Sequence record: SRR22947727_1404
DNA length: 51,641 bases
Direction: 5' to 3' (one strand)
Under the pieces are notes generated by a model. The model worked only from the letters and a program-made list of their open reading frames with translations. It was not told the DNA's origin and made no database searches. This document shows positions 31,695 to 43,212 of the stretch, one piece after another. The position numbers were made by a program, and so were the translations under genes. Positions within the stretch are counted from its first letter, which is position 1. Each line of letters starts with the position of its first letter.

Positions 31695-32840
31695 GTGATG
31701 CAAGCCTATCTTTCCCCGGATGACTGCAATTTGGAAGAGTTCACCCAGCAAGTGACCCGCAGCCTTACCCCGCAAGAGGTGCCGCAGGCTCATGACATTC
31801 AAAACAACATTCCGATCTATGATGTCACACAGTTGGATCTCACCGGAGACACCCGTGCCTTGAAAGCCGAATGGGCGCATGTGTTTCTCAAATCCTCTGG
31901 GGTGTTGCTGCTCAAAAATGCCTTTCAATGCACCGGCTGCATTGACGCGGCCAGCGTGATTTATGAGCGCATCATCGCCGATGAGAAAGCCGCCCAAGGC
32001 GCGAAGGCCGATCACTTTGCAGCCTCCGGCGCCAATGATCGTATCTGGAATTCGGCGCAAAAACTTTGCCACTATGACCCCAAGATTTTTGCACAATATT
32101 TTGGAAATCTGGCGATTGATGCGGCCTGCGAGGCTTGGCTTGGGCCAAATTACCAAATGACCGCGCAGGTTAATCTGGTCCGCCCCGGCGGCGCAGCGCA
32201 AAGTCCGCACCGAGATTATCACCTTGGATTTCAACCGCGCGAGGTCGCCGCGCGCTATCCGGCTCATGTGCATGACCTCTCGCCTGTTCTGACGCTGCAA
32301 GGGGCGGTGGCACATGTGGACATGCCAATTGAAAGCGGGCCGACCAAATTGTTGCCGTTCAGTCAACTCTATCGCCACGGCTATCTGGCCTTCACCATGC
32401 CAGAATTTCGCGACTTCTTTGAGGAAAACTTCGTACAAATGCCGCTCAAAAAGGGGGATGTTCTGTTTTTCAATCCAGCACTCTATCACGCAGGCGGCGC
32501 GAATGTGAGCGCAGATATTCAGCGCATGGCCAATCTGCTGCAGGTCTCTTCGGCCTATGGACGCTCTTTAGAAAATCTCGACCGCCAGAGCATGACCCTT
32601 CAACTTTATGAGGTGTTGGCACGCGGGGATCATGGTCTCTCAGAGCCGCAGGTCGATGCGGCAATTTCCGCCTGTGCGGAGGGGTATTCGTTTCCCACCA
32701 ATCTCGACACCGATCCGCCCATCGGCGGCCTAGCTCCAGAAACCCCAGCCGCGCTGTGCCGCCGGGCCCTAGCCAATCCGATGGCCGTCCAAGACTTTAA
32801 CGCCGCGCTGACGGCGCTCTATAGGCGCAAACAGGCCTAA
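31695..32840 (+). CDS. Phytanoyl-CoA dioxygenase (PhyH) family Fe(II)/2-oxoglutarate oxygenase
   Basis: PHRDYH (HxD), SGPTKLLPFS, YHAGG distal His, downstream Arg; AGGAG SD (GTG 31695 or ATG 31698). Confidence 0.88.
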   Translation: MMQAYLSPDDCNLEEFTQQVTRSLTPQEVPQAHDIQNNIPIYDVTQLDLTGDTRALKAEWAHVFLKSSGVLLLKNAFQCTGCIDAASVIYERIIADEKAAQGAKADHFAASGANDRIWNSAQKLCHYDPKIFAQYFGNLAIDAACEAWLGPNYQMTAQVNLVRPGGAAQSPHRDYHLGFQPREVAARYPAHVHDLSPVLTLQGAVAHVDMPIESGPTKLLPFSQLYRHGYLAFTMPEFRDFFEENFVQMPLKKGDVLFFNPALYHAGGANVSADIQRMANLLQVSSAYGRSLENLDRQSMTLQLYEVLARGDHGLSEPQVDAAISACAEGYSFPTNLDTDPPIGGLAPETPAALCRRALANPMAVQDFNAALTALYRRKQA

Positions 32841-32846
32841 AGGGCT

Positions 32847-33845
32847 TTAGGCATAGCGCTCAGGCCCGGCCCATTGTGCCTCGGAATAGCGATCCCCATT
32901 GATCCAACCCATGGGGAGCGCCGCTTCGACCGCTACCAGCTCCTCTGCGCTCAAGCCATAATTTGCGCCCGCCACAAGGGCCTTGAAATGGTCTAGGTTG
33001 CGCGTGCCCGGGATGGGCAGGATATGGTCCCCTTTGGCCAAACACCAGGCAATCGCCAGACCCGCCGCCGTCAAACCCATCTGTGCGGCTAGGGCGCGAA
33101 AACCTGCGGCCGCTTTGATGTTCATGCTCAGGTTTGGCTCCATAAAGCGGGGGTTATTGGCCAAAAACGGCATGGATTGCACCGCCTCGCGCCCATGCGG
33201 TGCATCGGTCAAGAGGCTTCGCCCAACCGGGGAAAAGGCCACAAAGGTCGTGCCCAGATCGGCGCAGGTCTGCAAGATTCCCAATTCCGGCGTGCGCGTC
33301 GAGAGGGAATATTCCGACTGAAGCGCCGCCACGGGATGCACGGCATGGGCCGCTCTGAGGGAGGTGGGAGAAATTTCTGAATAGCCAAAACCACCGATTT
33401 TGCCTAATTTTATGAAGCCTGCGAGGGTTTCAGTGACCTCTTCAATGGGCACAGACGGATCGCGGCGGTGGATATAATACAAGTCAATGCACTCCACCCC
33501 AAGACGCTCAAGGCTATTGTCCAATTGCTCTGTCAGATAGGCCGCTTCATTGTTGAACAAGCGGTTTGGATCTTTGCGATCTGTTATTCCGCCCTTGCTG
33601 GCGATGTGAAAAAACGATCGTGCTTGCGGGTTTTCTGCCAAATAGGCACCGATATGACGCTCTGAACCGCCCATGCCATAAACGCTGGCCGTGTCGATAT
33701 GGCTCACGCCCAGATCTCGCGCGGCATCTAGGATGGCAAATACCTCTTCGCGGCTCACCTCACCGTAGAAGTTGGAAAACGACATGGCGCCGATGCCCAG
33801 CCGTGAGGTCGTGGCGCCACTGTGGGGAAAGCTACGGTTTTTCAT
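32847..33845 (-). CDS. Aldo/keto reductase
   Basis: Catalytic tetrad in DTASVY, ASK and YYIHR; QSEYSL, PIPGT; start at ATG 33845. Confidence 0.93.
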   Translation of the reverse strand: MKNRSFPHSGATTSRLGIGAMSFSNFYGEVSREEVFAILDAARDLGVSHIDTASVYGMGGSERHIGAYLAENPQARSFFHIASKGGITDRKDPNRLFNNEAAYLTEQLDNSLERLGVECIDLYYIHRRDPSVPIEEVTETLAGFIKLGKIGGFGYSEISPTSLRAAHAVHPVAALQSEYSLSTRTPELGILQTCADLGTTFVAFSPVGRSLLTDAPHGREAVQSMPFLANNPRFMEPNLSMNIKAAAGFRALAAQMGLTAAGLAIAWCLAKGDHILPIPGTRNLDHFKALVAGANYGLSAEELVAVEAALPMGWINGDRYSEAQWAGPERYA

Positions 33846-34503
33846 TCGGGAAATCCTTTTCAATGGCCGCAATGGCCTGCGCAATCGCGGCGCTGAGAGT
33901 CAGATCAGAGGTGTCGATCAGCACCGCGCCCTGTGCGGCCACCATCGGGGCCGTGGCACGGGAGCTGTCGCGGGCATCGCGCGCGATGACATCCTGTAAA
34001 ACCTGCTCAAATGTGGTCTCGGCACCGCTGGCCAGAAGCTCTTTGAAGCGCCGCTCGGCGCGCACTTCAGCAGCGGCGGTGACAAAAAGTTTCACCTCAG
34101 CTTGCGGCACAATCACGGTACCAATATCGCGCCCGTCCAAAACTGCGCCGCCCTCCCGGCGGGCAAAGCGGCGCTGAAACTCCAGCAATTCCGCCCGCAC
34201 CTCGGGCATCACGGCCACATCAGAGGCCGCCCTTGCCACCTCTGCGCTGCGCAGACTGTCGCCTTGCAAATCATCCGCCGTGAGGTTTTGCGCCGCGCGC
34301 AAAGGATCGGAGCCCGTCAACACCTGCGCCCCAACGGCCCGGTACAAAAGCCCCGTGTCCAAATGCGCCAAGTCAAAATGCGCCGCAATCGCACGGCTGA
34401 TCGAGCCTTTTCCAGCAGCAGCCGGCCCATCAATGGCGATGGTGAAGGCGGCGCTTGCGCACGATGGCTTGCGCGGAGTTGACTTGGCCTGCTCTGCGCT
34501 CAT
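33832..34503 (-). CDS. cmk: Cytidylate kinase
   Basis: [33 protein letters not shown]. Confidence 0.97.
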   Translation of the reverse strand: MSAEQAKSTPRKPSCASAAFTIAIDGPAAAGKGSISRAIAAHFDLAHLDTGLLYRAVGAQVLTGSDPLRAAQNLTADDLQGDSLRSAEVARAASDVAVMPEVRAELLEFQRRFARREGGAVLDGRDIGTVIVPQAEVKLFVTAAAEVRAERRFKELLASGAETTFEQVLQDVIARDARDSSRATAPMVAAQGAVLIDTSDLTLSAAIAQAIAAIEKDFPNEKP

Positions 34504-35849
34504 TCGGAGGTCCGCGCGATAGAAGCACCCAATGCTGCCATCAATGGCTCAAAAATCGGAAATGACGTGGCCACCGGCCCGCCATCATCAATCGACATGC
34601 CCTCACGCGCACCAATGCCCAGGATCAAAAACGACATGGCAATGCGGTGATCGAGATGCGTTGCGGCCAGAGCGCCGCCTTTGACCGCGCCGCCCAGCCC
34701 ATGCACATGCCACCAATCGGGACCGTCTTGCACCGTGACTCCCGCCGCACGCAGCCCGGTTGCCATAGCTTCGATCCGGTCACTTTCTTTGACGCGCAGC
34801 TCTTTGACACCGTGCATCCGGGTCACGCCATGGGCAAAACTCGCCACCACTGACAAAATTGGATATTCGTCAATCATAGAGGCAGCCCGCTCCGGCGGCA
34901 CCGCGATCCCCTGCATATCGGGAGAATATTTCGCACGCAGATCGGCCACAGGCTCGCCACCTTCCTCGCGCATATTCTCAAATGTCAGATCCGCACCCAT
35001 CTCTTGCAAAGTGTAGAACAGACCGGCTCGCGTGGGATTGAGGCCAATATTGGGCACTAAGACGTCAGAACCTTCTACGATCAAAGCGGCACAGACCGGG
35101 AAGGCCGCCGACGAAGGATCACGCGGCACAATGATATCCTGCGGGCGCAATTCCGGCTGGCCCGTGAGGGTGATCACCCGGCCCGCATCGGTCTGCTCCA
35201 CCGTCAACTCGGCGCCAAACCCCACCAGCATCCGTTCGGTGTGGTCGCGCGTGGCCTCTTTTTCAATGACAACCGTTTGGCCCGGCGCATTCAAACCCGC
35301 CAAAAGCACCGCCGATTTCACCTGCGCAGAGGGCATCGGCACCTCATATCGCACCGGCAAAGCCTGTGCGGCCCCGATAAGTGTGAGCGGCAAGCGCCCC
35401 TCAGAGCGGCCATAGGACTGCGCGCCAAAGAGTGCCAAAGGATCCGTCACCCGGCCCATTGGGCGTTTGTTCAAACTGCCATCACCCGTAAAGGTGGCTG
35501 CGATTGGAGAGGTAGCCATAGCCCCCATGATCAGACGCACCCCGGTGCCGGAGTTGCCGCAGTCAATCACATGATCGGGCTCGGCAAAACCGCCCACACC
35601 CACCCCATGCACCGACCAGGAGCCGCCACCGTGGTTGATGACCTCAGCGCCAAAGGCCTGCATGGCCTTGCCGGTGTCGAGCACATCATCACCTTCAAGC
35701 AACCCTTGAATGCGTGTCTCCCCAAGGCTCAGCGCCCCCAGGATCAGCGACCGATGTGAGATCGATTTGTCCCCCGGCACATCCGCTTGGCCCCGCAACG
35801 GGCCAGATTTATGCGATGTCATTGGAAGTGCTGCGCCATGGCCTGACAT
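34500..35849 (-). CDS. aroA: 3-phosphoshikimate 1-carboxyvinyltransferase (class II EPSPS)
   Basis: [37 protein letters not shown]; start at ATG 35849. Confidence 0.98.
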   Translation of the reverse strand: MSGHGAALPMTSHKSGPLRGQADVPGDKSISHRSLILGALSLGETRIQGLLEGDDVLDTGKAMQAFGAEVINHGGGSWSVHGVGVGGFAEPDHVIDCGNSGTGVRLIMGAMATSPIAATFTGDGSLNKRPMGRVTDPLALFGAQSYGRSEGRLPLTLIGAAQALPVRYEVPMPSAQVKSAVLLAGLNAPGQTVVIEKEATRDHTERMLVGFGAELTVEQTDAGRVITLTGQPELRPQDIIVPRDPSSAAFPVCAALIVEGSDVLVPNIGLNPTRAGLFYTLQEMGADLTFENMREEGGEPVADLRAKYSPDMQGIAVPPERAASMIDEYPILSVVASFAHGVTRMHGVKELRVKESDRIEAMATGLRAAGVTVQDGPDWWHVHGLGGAVKGGALAATHLDHRIAMSFLILGIGAREGMSIDDGGPVATSFPIFEPLMAALGASIARTSE

Positions 35850-35922
35850 ATTCGTCCCCTTATAAGTTGACAAAGTGATAGCGCCCTAGCCAAGCGAGGT
35901 CCACTGCTGAGCGCGGGTCTGT

Positions 35923-36609
35923 TTAGGATTTTTGGAAGGTTAAATAATGCGGCCTACGGGCTTCGCGCAGGGCCTTTTGCTCATAACGCGTTGAGATCCA
36001 ATCGTGCCAAGGCATGCGCCAATCCTCTGGTCCTTCTGCCAGCCAGTCAAAGCCCGCCTTTGGCACTTCTTGCAAAGTTTGGCGCACATAATCCTCAATA
36101 TCCGTGGCCACGCGAAACTCAGCACCCGCCATCAGGCAGCGGCTCAAGGGCTCGAGATGCTCCGGCGTGACAAAACGCCGACGATGGTGGCGCAGTTTGG
36201 GCCAAGGGTCGGGATAGAGCAAAAAGGCCTTGCTCACGCTTCCGTCGGGTAAAACATCCATCAGATCGCGGGCGTCGCCCATGTGCAATTTGATATTCCG
36301 AACGCCAGCCTTGCGCATTTTTCCGAGCAACATGGCCACACCGTTGACATAGGGTTCCACCCCAAGAAATTGAACCTCGGGATTGGCCAAGGCTTGATGC
36401 ACCAAATGCTCGCCGCCGCCAAACCCGATTTCCAGCCACAGTGGCTTGCCTGCCGCGACCTGCTGCATGTCGAGCAGGCGCCGCTCGGGATTATCCGCGC
36501 GGGAGATCCCGGCAACGCTGAGCTTGGGCAAGTCTTCTTGCAAGTAACGCTCTTGCGCAGCATTGAGCGCTTTGCCTTTGATGCGCCCATAAAAATTTCG
36601 ATGTTCCAT
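35923..36609 (-). CDS. trmB: tRNA (guanine-N7)-methyltransferase
   Basis: LEIGFGGGEH, YPDPWPK.RHHRRR, TRYEQKA. Confidence 0.96.
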   Translation of the reverse strand: MEHRNFYGRIKGKALNAAQERYLQEDLPKLSVAGISRADNPERRLLDMQQVAAGKPLWLEIGFGGGEHLVHQALANPEVQFLGVEPYVNGVAMLLGKMRKAGVRNIKLHMGDARDLMDVLPDGSVSKAFLLYPDPWPKLRHHRRRFVTPEHLEPLSRCLMAGAEFRVATDIEDYVRQTLQEVPKAGFDWLAEGPEDWRMPWHDWISTRYEQKALREARRPHYLTFQKS

Positions 36610-36623
36610 GGCCAGTCTTTCAC

Positions 36624-36649
36624 AAAAAAGGGTGCGCCCAAGCACACCC
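36624..36649 (-). terminator. Terminator after metK
   Basis: GGGTGTGC-TTGG-GCGCACCC followed by T6. Confidence 0.75.
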
Positions 36650-36689
36650 AATTCGTCAGTGATCAGGGCCCGCTTGCGCGCCCCTGCGC

Positions 36690-37871
36690 CTACACGGCTT
36701 TTTTCAGCGCTTCAACCAGGTCAGTTTTCTCCCAGCTAAAGCCGCCATCGGCCTCAGGCGCCCGGCCAAAGTGCCCATAGGCTGCCGTTCTCTGATATAT
36801 CGGCTTATTCAGGCCCAAATGCACGCGAATACCGCGCGGCGTGAGGTCCATAGATTGCGCAACCGCCCGTTCGATCGCCTCCTCAGCCAATTGTCCAGTG
36901 CCGTAGGTGTCCACGTAGATCGACAAAGGTTTAGACACGCCGATGGCATAGGACAGTTGCAGGCTACAGCGTTCGGCCATGCCGGCTGCCACGATATTTT
37001 TGGCCAAATAGCGCGCCGCATAGGCCGCCGAACGGTCCACCTTGGTGGGATCCTTGCCAGAGAAGGCGCCGCCGCCATGGGGCGCGGCACCGCCATAGGT
37101 ATCCACAATAATCTTGCGTCCCGTCAAACCTGCATCGCCGTCAGGGCCACCAATCACAAAGGTCCCCGTTGGGTTGACCCACCATTCGGTGTTCGCTGTG
37201 AGCCATTCGGCCGGCACGACCTCGCGGATATAGGGCTCAACAATGCCACGAATATAGGCGCTGTCTTGATCTTCTGAGCGGTGTTGCGTCGACAAGACAA
37301 TCGACATGATCTCAACAGGTGTCCCGTTCTCATAGCGCAAAGACAATTGTGACTTGGCATCTGGCCCAAGATCTGGCGCGCTGCCGTCTTTACGCACCTC
37401 GGCCAACCGCCGCAGAATCGCATGGGAATATTGAATGGGCGCGGGCATGAGCTCTGGGGTCTCTGTGGTGGCATAGCCAAACATGATCCCTTGATCACCG
37501 GCCCCCTCATCCTTATCAGCGCCGGCATCCACACCTTGGGCAATATGGGCCGATTGCTCATGCAAAAGGTTGGTGACTTCAACCGTTTTCCAATGAAATT
37601 TGTCTTGCTCATAGCCGATGTCTTTGATGCAATCTCGCGCGATTTGCTCGATCTGCCCCATGTGGTGCGAGAGTTTTGCTTTGTCACTCAAGCCCACTTC
37701 GCCGCCAATAACAATGCGATTTGTGGTGGCAAATGTTTCAGCGGCCACCCGCGCCTCTGGTTCTTCGGTTAAAAAAGCGTCAAGTACAGCGTCGGAAATT
37801 CGGTCGCATAGTTTATCAGGATGACCTTCAGAAACGGATTCTGAGGTGAAAATATAATTTGATCGTGCCAT
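36690..37871 (-). CDS. metK: S-adenosylmethionine synthetase
   Basis: [42 protein letters not shown]. Confidence 0.99.
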   Translation of the reverse strand: MARSNYIFTSESVSEGHPDKLCDRISDAVLDAFLTEEPEARVAAETFATTNRIVIGGEVGLSDKAKLSHHMGQIEQIARDCIKDIGYEQDKFHWKTVEVTNLLHEQSAHIAQGVDAGADKDEGAGDQGIMFGYATTETPELMPAPIQYSHAILRRLAEVRKDGSAPDLGPDAKSQLSLRYENGTPVEIMSIVLSTQHRSEDQDSAYIRGIVEPYIREVVPAEWLTANTEWWVNPTGTFVIGGPDGDAGLTGRKIIVDTYGGAAPHGGGAFSGKDPTKVDRSAAYAARYLAKNIVAAGMAERCSLQLSYAIGVSKPLSIYVDTYGTGQLAEEAIERAVAQSMDLTPRGIRVHLGLNKPIYQRTAAYGHFGRAPEADGGFSWEKTDLVEALKKAV

Positions 37872-37877
37872 GGGGAG

Positions 37878-37921
37878 TGCTCCAATAAAATGTAAGCTGC
37901 GCCAGGTAGCCGTTGCAGCTA
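37878..37921 (-). ncRNA. SAM/SAH riboswitch in the metK 5' UTR
   Basis: AGCUGC-AACGGCUACCUGGC-GCAGCU hairpin whose loop can pair with GGAGC (the SD) as a pseudoknot; matches the Rhodobacterales metK SAM/SAH class. Confidence 0.88.
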
Positions 37922-39415
37922 GGACTTCCTAGAAGTCCGGCCTCCAGGCGTCAATGATAATTTAACCCGCCTACGTAAAAAAGCCACCAGCACCAACATT
38001 CCGACAAGGATCAACACCCCAAGCCAAGGATTTTTGGCATAAAAAGTCGCAGTGCGGGGCTTGGGGATAGGTGCATCCAGCGCCCCGCGCTCATGGAGAT
38101 GCAACCGCGCCTCAGAGCGCCCCCAAGGATCAATCACAGCGGTGACACCACGATTGGCCACACGCAGCATCGGCAGACCCAACTCGATGGCGCGGGCGCG
38201 CGCCTGGGCAAAATGCTGCGCCGGGCCCTGCCCCTGGCCAAACCATCCATCATTGGTAATCAACACCAAAAGATCGGGGCGCGCCGCCCCGCGTCCCACA
38301 AATTGCGGAAAAATCCCCTCATAGCAGATCAGCGGCTGGAGCCGGCCGATCCCTTCAATATCAATATGCGCCGGGCCACTGCCGGCGGAAAATTCTGGAA
38401 AATCATAGCCAAAGACCCGAGCCAAATGTCCAAGGGGTATATATTCCCCGAAGGGCACCAAACGGCTCTTGTGATATTCACTCTTCACCTCCCCTTGCGG
38501 GCTTACCACGCCCAGGGTGTTGAAATACTGGCCCGCCGGATTGTGGCTTTGATAGCCAACCACAACATGCGCCCCCTGCGCCGCGGCGGCAATATCTGAC
38601 CGGGCCCAGTCTATCGGCTTATAGACCGAGGTTTCGGGCCAGATGATGAGATCAACCGATGGCCCCGCCTGCGTGAGCGATAAATGCCTTTGATAGATTT
38701 CTTCCGTGTTTTCGGGGTTCCATTTGTTTTCCTGTGCCACATTGGGATGTATCAAACGCACCACCGGCCGGCCCTCATCATCAGGGCTTTTGCCCATCTC
38801 CAGCCCAGGCACAAAGGGCAAAGAGACAGTCGCGATCAAAACAACCCATCGCGCCGTCGCCCCCCCCCAGGCGATCAGCGCCGCCAAGACCAGGGTCAAA
38901 AGACTCATGCCATGGGGCCCAATCATAGCAGCCAATTGATAGGCGGGCGTGTCAATCCACACATAGCCCAGCAAGGCCCAAGGAAACCCGGTGAATAGGT
39001 AGGCGCGCGCAAGTTCAGCGGACAATAGCGCAAGACAGATCCAAAGCCCCACGCGCCCGCGCGCCAGAGCAAAAGCACCCCCCCAAAACAGCGCCAAGCC
39101 GCCCGCCATGGCCAGCAATGCAAAGGGGGCCATCCATGCGGTACCCCGGCCTTCTACCAAGAAAGGTTCCACAATCCAGGCCATGGACACCAAAAAATAG
39201 CCAAACCCGAGGCCCCACCCGCGCAAGAAATAGGGTAGCGAGGTCTCCGGGCGGATGATCCAAAATCCAAAGGCCAGCCCGACGAGCGTGAGCGCCGGTT
39301 GATCCACAGGGGCCTGCCCCAGGCCCGCAAGCCCGCCGGCCACAACAATCAAGGCCCATTGCCCCCATGCCGGCGCTTGCGCCCAAAGCCTATGAGGTGC
39401 TGATGGCTCGAACAT
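37919..39415 (-). CDS. lnt: Apolipoprotein N-acyltransferase
   Basis: TM domain, FTGFPW, nitrilase triad WPE / [12 protein letters not shown] / LICYE. Confidence 0.96.
   Translation of the reverse strand: MFEPSAPHRLWAQAPAWGQWALIVVAGGLAGLGQAPVDQPALTLVGLAFGFWIIRPETSLPYFLRGWGLGFGYFLVSMAWIVEPFLVEGRGTAWMAPFALLAMAGGLALFWGGAFALARGRVGLWICLALLSAELARAYLFTGFPWALLGYVWIDTPAYQLAAMIGPHGMSLLTLVLAALIAWGGATARWVVLIATVSLPFVPGLEMGKSPDDEGRPVVRLIHPNVAQENKWNPENTEEIYQRHLSLTQAGPSVDLIIWPETSVYKPIDWARSDIAAAAQGAHVVVGYQSHNPAGQYFNTLGVVSPQGEVKSEYHKSRLVPFGEYIPLGHLARVFGYDFPEFSAGSGPAHIDIEGIGRLQPLICYEGIFPQFVGRGAARPDLLVLITNDGWFGQGQGPAQHFAQARARAIELGLPMLRVANRGVTAVIDPWGRSEARLHLHERGALDAPIPKPRTATFYAKNPWLGVLILVGMLVLVAFLRRRVKLSLTPGGRTSRKS
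37926..37954 (-). promoter_or_regulatory. Candidate metK promoter inside the 3' end of lnt
   Basis: TTGACG-17-TAGGAA would put +1 at the riboswitch start. Confidence 0.55.
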
Positions 39416-40289
39416 GGGCTCTCAGCCTTTTGATCCGCCGCGGGTCTGCATCGACGATTTCAAACTCCACGCCAGCCGGGTGTTCGATGACCTCGCCCCG
39501 CGCGGGCACGCGGCCCAATAGCATAAAGACCAACCCGCCCAGCGTGTCGACCTCTTCGGGATCCACTTCTGCGACCTCAGACAGATCTCGACCAATTTCC
39601 TGCTGAAACTCGTCCAAAGGTGTTTTGGCCTGCGCCAGGTAACTGCCTGGTTTTTCAACAACCCAAAAGGCACCCTCAGCAGGATCATGCTCATCCTCAA
39701 TCTCGCCAATCACCTGTTCGATCAAATCTTCAATGGTCACCAGCCCATCCGTGCCACCATATTCATCAATCACCAGGGCCATGTGAATTCGGTCGGCCTG
39801 CATTTTGGTGAGCAATATGCCAATCGGCATAGAGGGCGGCACAAACAGCAAGGGCCGCAGCATGGACTTAAGCGCCAAACGCCCGCCAGCGCCGTTAAAC
39901 CCGTGTTTGAGAGCCAGATCTTTCAAATGCACAAAGCCAAGGGGTGTATCCAGGGTTCGATTGTACACGGGCAAACGTGTTAAGCCGGTGTCTCTAAACA
40001 CATGGACCAAATCTTCTTTGGTGATGGTCACAGGAACAGATTTAATATCCGCCTTGGGCACCATCACATCTTCCACCCGCAATTGCCGCAGGTTCCAGAT
40101 GCCGGGGATAATTTCCTCCCCCTCGGGCCGGGAAAATTCAGAGCTGTCCATCTGTGGCAGAGAACCACCAAAGAAGGCCCATTTTAAGCGATCCCAAAAG
40201 CCCAGCGCCTGTGTCTGTCTACTCGAGGGGTCTTCGGCGGTCTCAGAGCCGCCGGCCGTGTCATCACTATGTGGCATATCACCAATCAT
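39390..40289 (-). CDS. corC: CBS-CorC domain protein (CorC/YbeX family)
   Basis: VEDVMVP, TRLPVY, HMALVIDEYGG, EIEDEHD, TLGG; between ybeY and lnt. Confidence 0.88.
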   Translation of the reverse strand: MIGDMPHSDDTAGGSETAEDPSSRQTQALGFWDRLKWAFFGGSLPQMDSSEFSRPEGEEIIPGIWNLRQLRVEDVMVPKADIKSVPVTITKEDLVHVFRDTGLTRLPVYNRTLDTPLGFVHLKDLALKHGFNGAGGRLALKSMLRPLLFVPPSMPIGILLTKMQADRIHMALVIDEYGGTDGLVTIEDLIEQVIGEIEDEHDPAEGAFWVVEKPGSYLAQAKTPLDEFQQEIGRDLSEVAEVDPEEVDTLGGLVFMLLGRVPARGEVIEHPAGVEFEIVDADPRRIKRLRAHVRAISTS

Positions 40290-40789
40290 TGGGTTGCGTC
40301 ATTCATTTCATAAGGGTTGGAAATGCCAAGGCTTGCAAGCATTTTGATTTCAAGGCCTTCCATCACATCAGCATCTGCATCGTCTATGTGATCATAACCC
40401 AGAAGATGCAATGTCCCATGTAGTAAAAGATGGGTCAGGTGATCGAGAATTGCAAGCCCAGCCTGCTGCGATTCGCGCAAACAGGTCTCATAGGCGATGG
40501 CGATATCACCCAATTCAGGGTCCGTCGCCGGTTTGGGCTGGCCTCCCGGCTTGTGCCCCGACAAATCGGCCGAGGGCCAAGACAGCACATTTGTTGGCTG
40601 CGGCTTGCCACGGAAATCTTGGTTCAGCTGGGCAATCCGCGCATCATCACAGGCCATCACCACCGCGCTGCTCTGCGCTGGTAGCGCTAGATATTGCGGT
40701 ATGACCGCGCCCAGTTTCGTGCCAATCGTCGCCAATTCTTGCGCCTGCCAGCGGGCATCTTCCAAAATGAACTCAAAGCTCAGGCTCAT
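40286..40789 (-). CDS. ybeY: rRNA maturation RNase YbeY
   Basis: LNQDFRGK..PTNVLSWP, HGTLHLLGYDH. Confidence 0.97.
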   Translation of the reverse strand: MSLSFEFILEDARWQAQELATIGTKLGAVIPQYLALPAQSSAVVMACDDARIAQLNQDFRGKPQPTNVLSWPSADLSGHKPGGQPKPATDPELGDIAIAYETCLRESQQAGLAILDHLTHLLLHGTLHLLGYDHIDDADADVMEGLEIKMLASLGISNPYEMNDATQ

Positions 40790-41784
40790 GCGCCATCCGC
40801 GTCATAGGCCTCAATAATCGCCGCCACCAACGGATGACGCACCACGTCTTTTGAGGTGAAATAATTGAAGCTGATTTTCGGAATATCCGACAGCAAACGT
40901 TCCGCATCGGCCAGCCCCGACTGAACACCACGCGGCAAATCAATCTGCGTGCGGTCGCCTGTGATCACCATGCGGCTTCCCTCTCCCAGACGGGTCAGGA
41001 ACATCTTCATCTGCATTGAGGTGGCGTTTTGCGCTTCGTCCAGCACCACAAAGGCATTCGCCAAGGTTCGGCCGCGCATGAAGGCCAGAGGGGCAATCTC
41101 AATGGCCTTATCTTCCATCAATTTCGCCATTTGTTTGGCCGGTAAAAAGTCATTCAACGCATCATAGAGCGGCTGCATATAAGGATCGACTTTTTCCTTC
41201 ATATCACCCGGTAAAAACCCCAAACGCTCCCCGGCTTCCACCGCAGGGCGTGACAGGATGATCTTATCCACGCGCCCCGTGATAAACATCGACACGCCCA
41301 CGGCGACGGCCAGATAGGTCTTGCCGGTCCCGGCCGGCCCAATACCAAACGAAAGCTCGTTTTTGAACAAAGCCTCAACATAGGCCTTCTGCGCCTCTGT
41401 GCGTGGTTCAACCAATTTCTTTCGAGTTTTAATTTCCACCGCACCGCTACGGAACATTTCCATCTGCTGATCGGCGCTGCCGGCGTCTCCCCCGGCCATG
41501 TTCATCCTAAGTTCGGCGGTCACATCCGCGGGCGTCACAGGCCGCCCCTGTTCCAGCCGAGTATAGAGCGATTGCAAAATCGCGGAGGCCTGCGCCGCCC
41601 CATCCGCATCGCCAACCAAAAGCAACAGATTGCCCCGACGCACAATTTGGATGGCGTGATGCGTCTCTATTGTGGTGAGATTGCGATCAAATTCCCCGCA
41701 GAGCTCCGCCAAAAGACGGTTATTGGGAAATTCAATCCGGGATTCGTTTTGTGCAGCGATGGCTGTTACGGCGTCTTCTGCCAA
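40786..41784 (-). CDS. phoH: PhoH family ATPase (YbeZ-like)
   Basis: GPAGTGKT, GERLGFLPG, FMRGRT, DEAQN, VVRHPLV; TTG start. Confidence 0.93.
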   Translation of the reverse strand: MAEDAVTAIAAQNESRIEFPNNRLLAELCGEFDRNLTTIETHHAIQIVRRGNLLLLVGDADGAAQASAILQSLYTRLEQGRPVTPADVTAELRMNMAGGDAGSADQQMEMFRSGAVEIKTRKKLVEPRTEAQKAYVEALFKNELSFGIGPAGTGKTYLAVAVGVSMFITGRVDKIILSRPAVEAGERLGFLPGDMKEKVDPYMQPLYDALNDFLPAKQMAKLMEDKAIEIAPLAFMRGRTLANAFVVLDEAQNATSMQMKMFLTRLGEGSRMVITGDRTQIDLPRGVQSGLADAERLLSDIPKISFNYFTSKDVVRHPLVAAIIEAYDADGA

Positions 41785-41880
41785 TGAGGTCCCCTAAATA
41801 GGTTTTGCGTTTGTCTCAGACTATAGCGCGATTCTCGCAAGAGAAAGGCCCAGCGCAAACAAAATACACAAAAGAAGAGA

Positions 41881-43212
41881 TCATGCGCGCGGGCGCGCGG
41901 GCGCGCTCAAAACCTGCCCTGTCAGCGAGTTTGTCATATCCTTGAGGATCTGCACTGGAATGACTTGCCCAATCATGTCATCGGGCGCCACGGCATGAAC
42001 CGCGTGGAGATACTCGGATTTGCCGATCAACTGCCCCTCGCGGCGGCCTTTCTTTTCAAACAGAACCTTCACCTCGCGCCCCACCATATCGGCCTGGGCG
42101 GCGCGTTGCTGTTCGGTCAAGAGCGCTTGCAGCTCTTGCAGACGGGCCGAGGCCACTTCGGGCGGCACTTCGGCGCGTTCTGCCGCGGGCGTTCCGGGGC
42201 GGGCGGAATATTTGAAGGAATAGGCCTGCCCGTAGCCCACTCGGCGCACGAGATCCAACGTATCTTGAAAGTCTTGGTCCGTTTCGCCAGGGAAGCCAAC
42301 AATGAAATCCCCCGACAAGAGCAAATCAGGGCGGGCGCTGCGGATACGGTCGACCAATGCAAAATAGCTTTCGCGCGTATGTTTGCGGTTCATGGCCTTC
42401 AAAATGCGATCACTGCCAGATTGCACCGGAAGATGCAGATAAGGCATCAGCTTGTCACATGTGCCATGAGCCTCAATCAGTGCATCATCCATGTCATTGG
42501 GATGGCTGGTGGTAAAGCGAATACGTTCCAGCTGGTCAATTTCTGACAATTGCCAAATCAAGCCGGCCAAACCGCCCGCATGACCGTGATAGGCATTCAC
42601 ATTCTGGCCGAGCAGTGTGATTTCGCGCACGCCGCGCGCCACCAAATCGGCGGCCTCGGCCATGACGCGCTCTGCTGGGCGGCTCACCTCGGCGCCGCGC
42701 GTGTAGGGCACAACGCAAAAGGCGCAAAATTTATCACAGCCTTCTTGCACCGTCAAAAACGCGGTGGGGCCGCGTTTGGCCTTGGGCCGGCTGGCGAGAT
42801 GGTCAAACTTATCTTCCTCGGGAAACTCCGTATCCAAAGCGCGCTTGCCGCTTTGCACCCGCGCCTCCATCTGCGGCAATTTATGATAGGATTGCGGGCC
42901 CACCACCAAATCAACCATCGGCTGCCGGCGAATAATTTCCGCCCCTTCCGCCTGTGCCACGCAGCCAGCGACGCCAATTTTCAACCCCGGCTTTGCGGTT
43001 TTCAATCCACGAAACTTGCCCAATTCCGAATAGATCTTCTCGGCGGCCTTCTCGCGAATATGGCAGGTATTGAGCAAGATCATATCGGCATCATCGGCTG
43101 TATCTGTCTGCACATAGCCCTGGGCGCCAAGGGTTTCGGCCATCCGCTCGCTGTCATAGACATTCATTTGACAGCCATATGTCTTGATAAACAGCTTTTT
43201 GGTATCGGCCAT
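41881..43212 (-). CDS. miaB: tRNA-2-methylthio-N6-dimethylallyladenosine synthase
   Basis: TYGCQMN, NTCHIRE, GCVAQ, radical [15 protein letters not shown]-like C-terminus. Confidence 0.97.
   Translation of the reverse strand: MADTKKLFIKTYGCQMNVYDSERMAETLGAQGYVQTDTADDADMILLNTCHIREKAAEKIYSELGKFRGLKTAKPGLKIGVAGCVAQAEGAEIIRRQPMVDLVVGPQSYHKLPQMEARVQSGKRALDTEFPEEDKFDHLASRPKAKRGPTAFLTVQEGCDKFCAFCVVPYTRGAEVSRPAERVMAEAADLVARGVREITLLGQNVNAYHGHAGGLAGLIWQLSEIDQLERIRFTTSHPNDMDDALIEAHGTCDKLMPYLHLPVQSGSDRILKAMNRKHTRESYFALVDRIRSARPDLLLSGDFIVGFPGETDQDFQDTLDLVRRVGYGQAYSFKYSARPGTPAAERAEVPPEVASARLQELQALLTEQQRAAQADMVGREVKVLFEKKGRREGQLIGKSEYLHAVHAVAPDDMIGQVIPVQILKDMTNSLTGQVLSAPARPRA

Noticed and set aside
30594..32489. 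631-aa fusion ORF with a long N-terminal extension on LacI
   Set aside because: The extension is the antisense frame of the PhyH gene; the HTH begins right after ATG 31616
41885..41906. GCGCGCGG tandem repeat at the miaB 3' end
   Set aside because: Short low-complexity tail; seen only once
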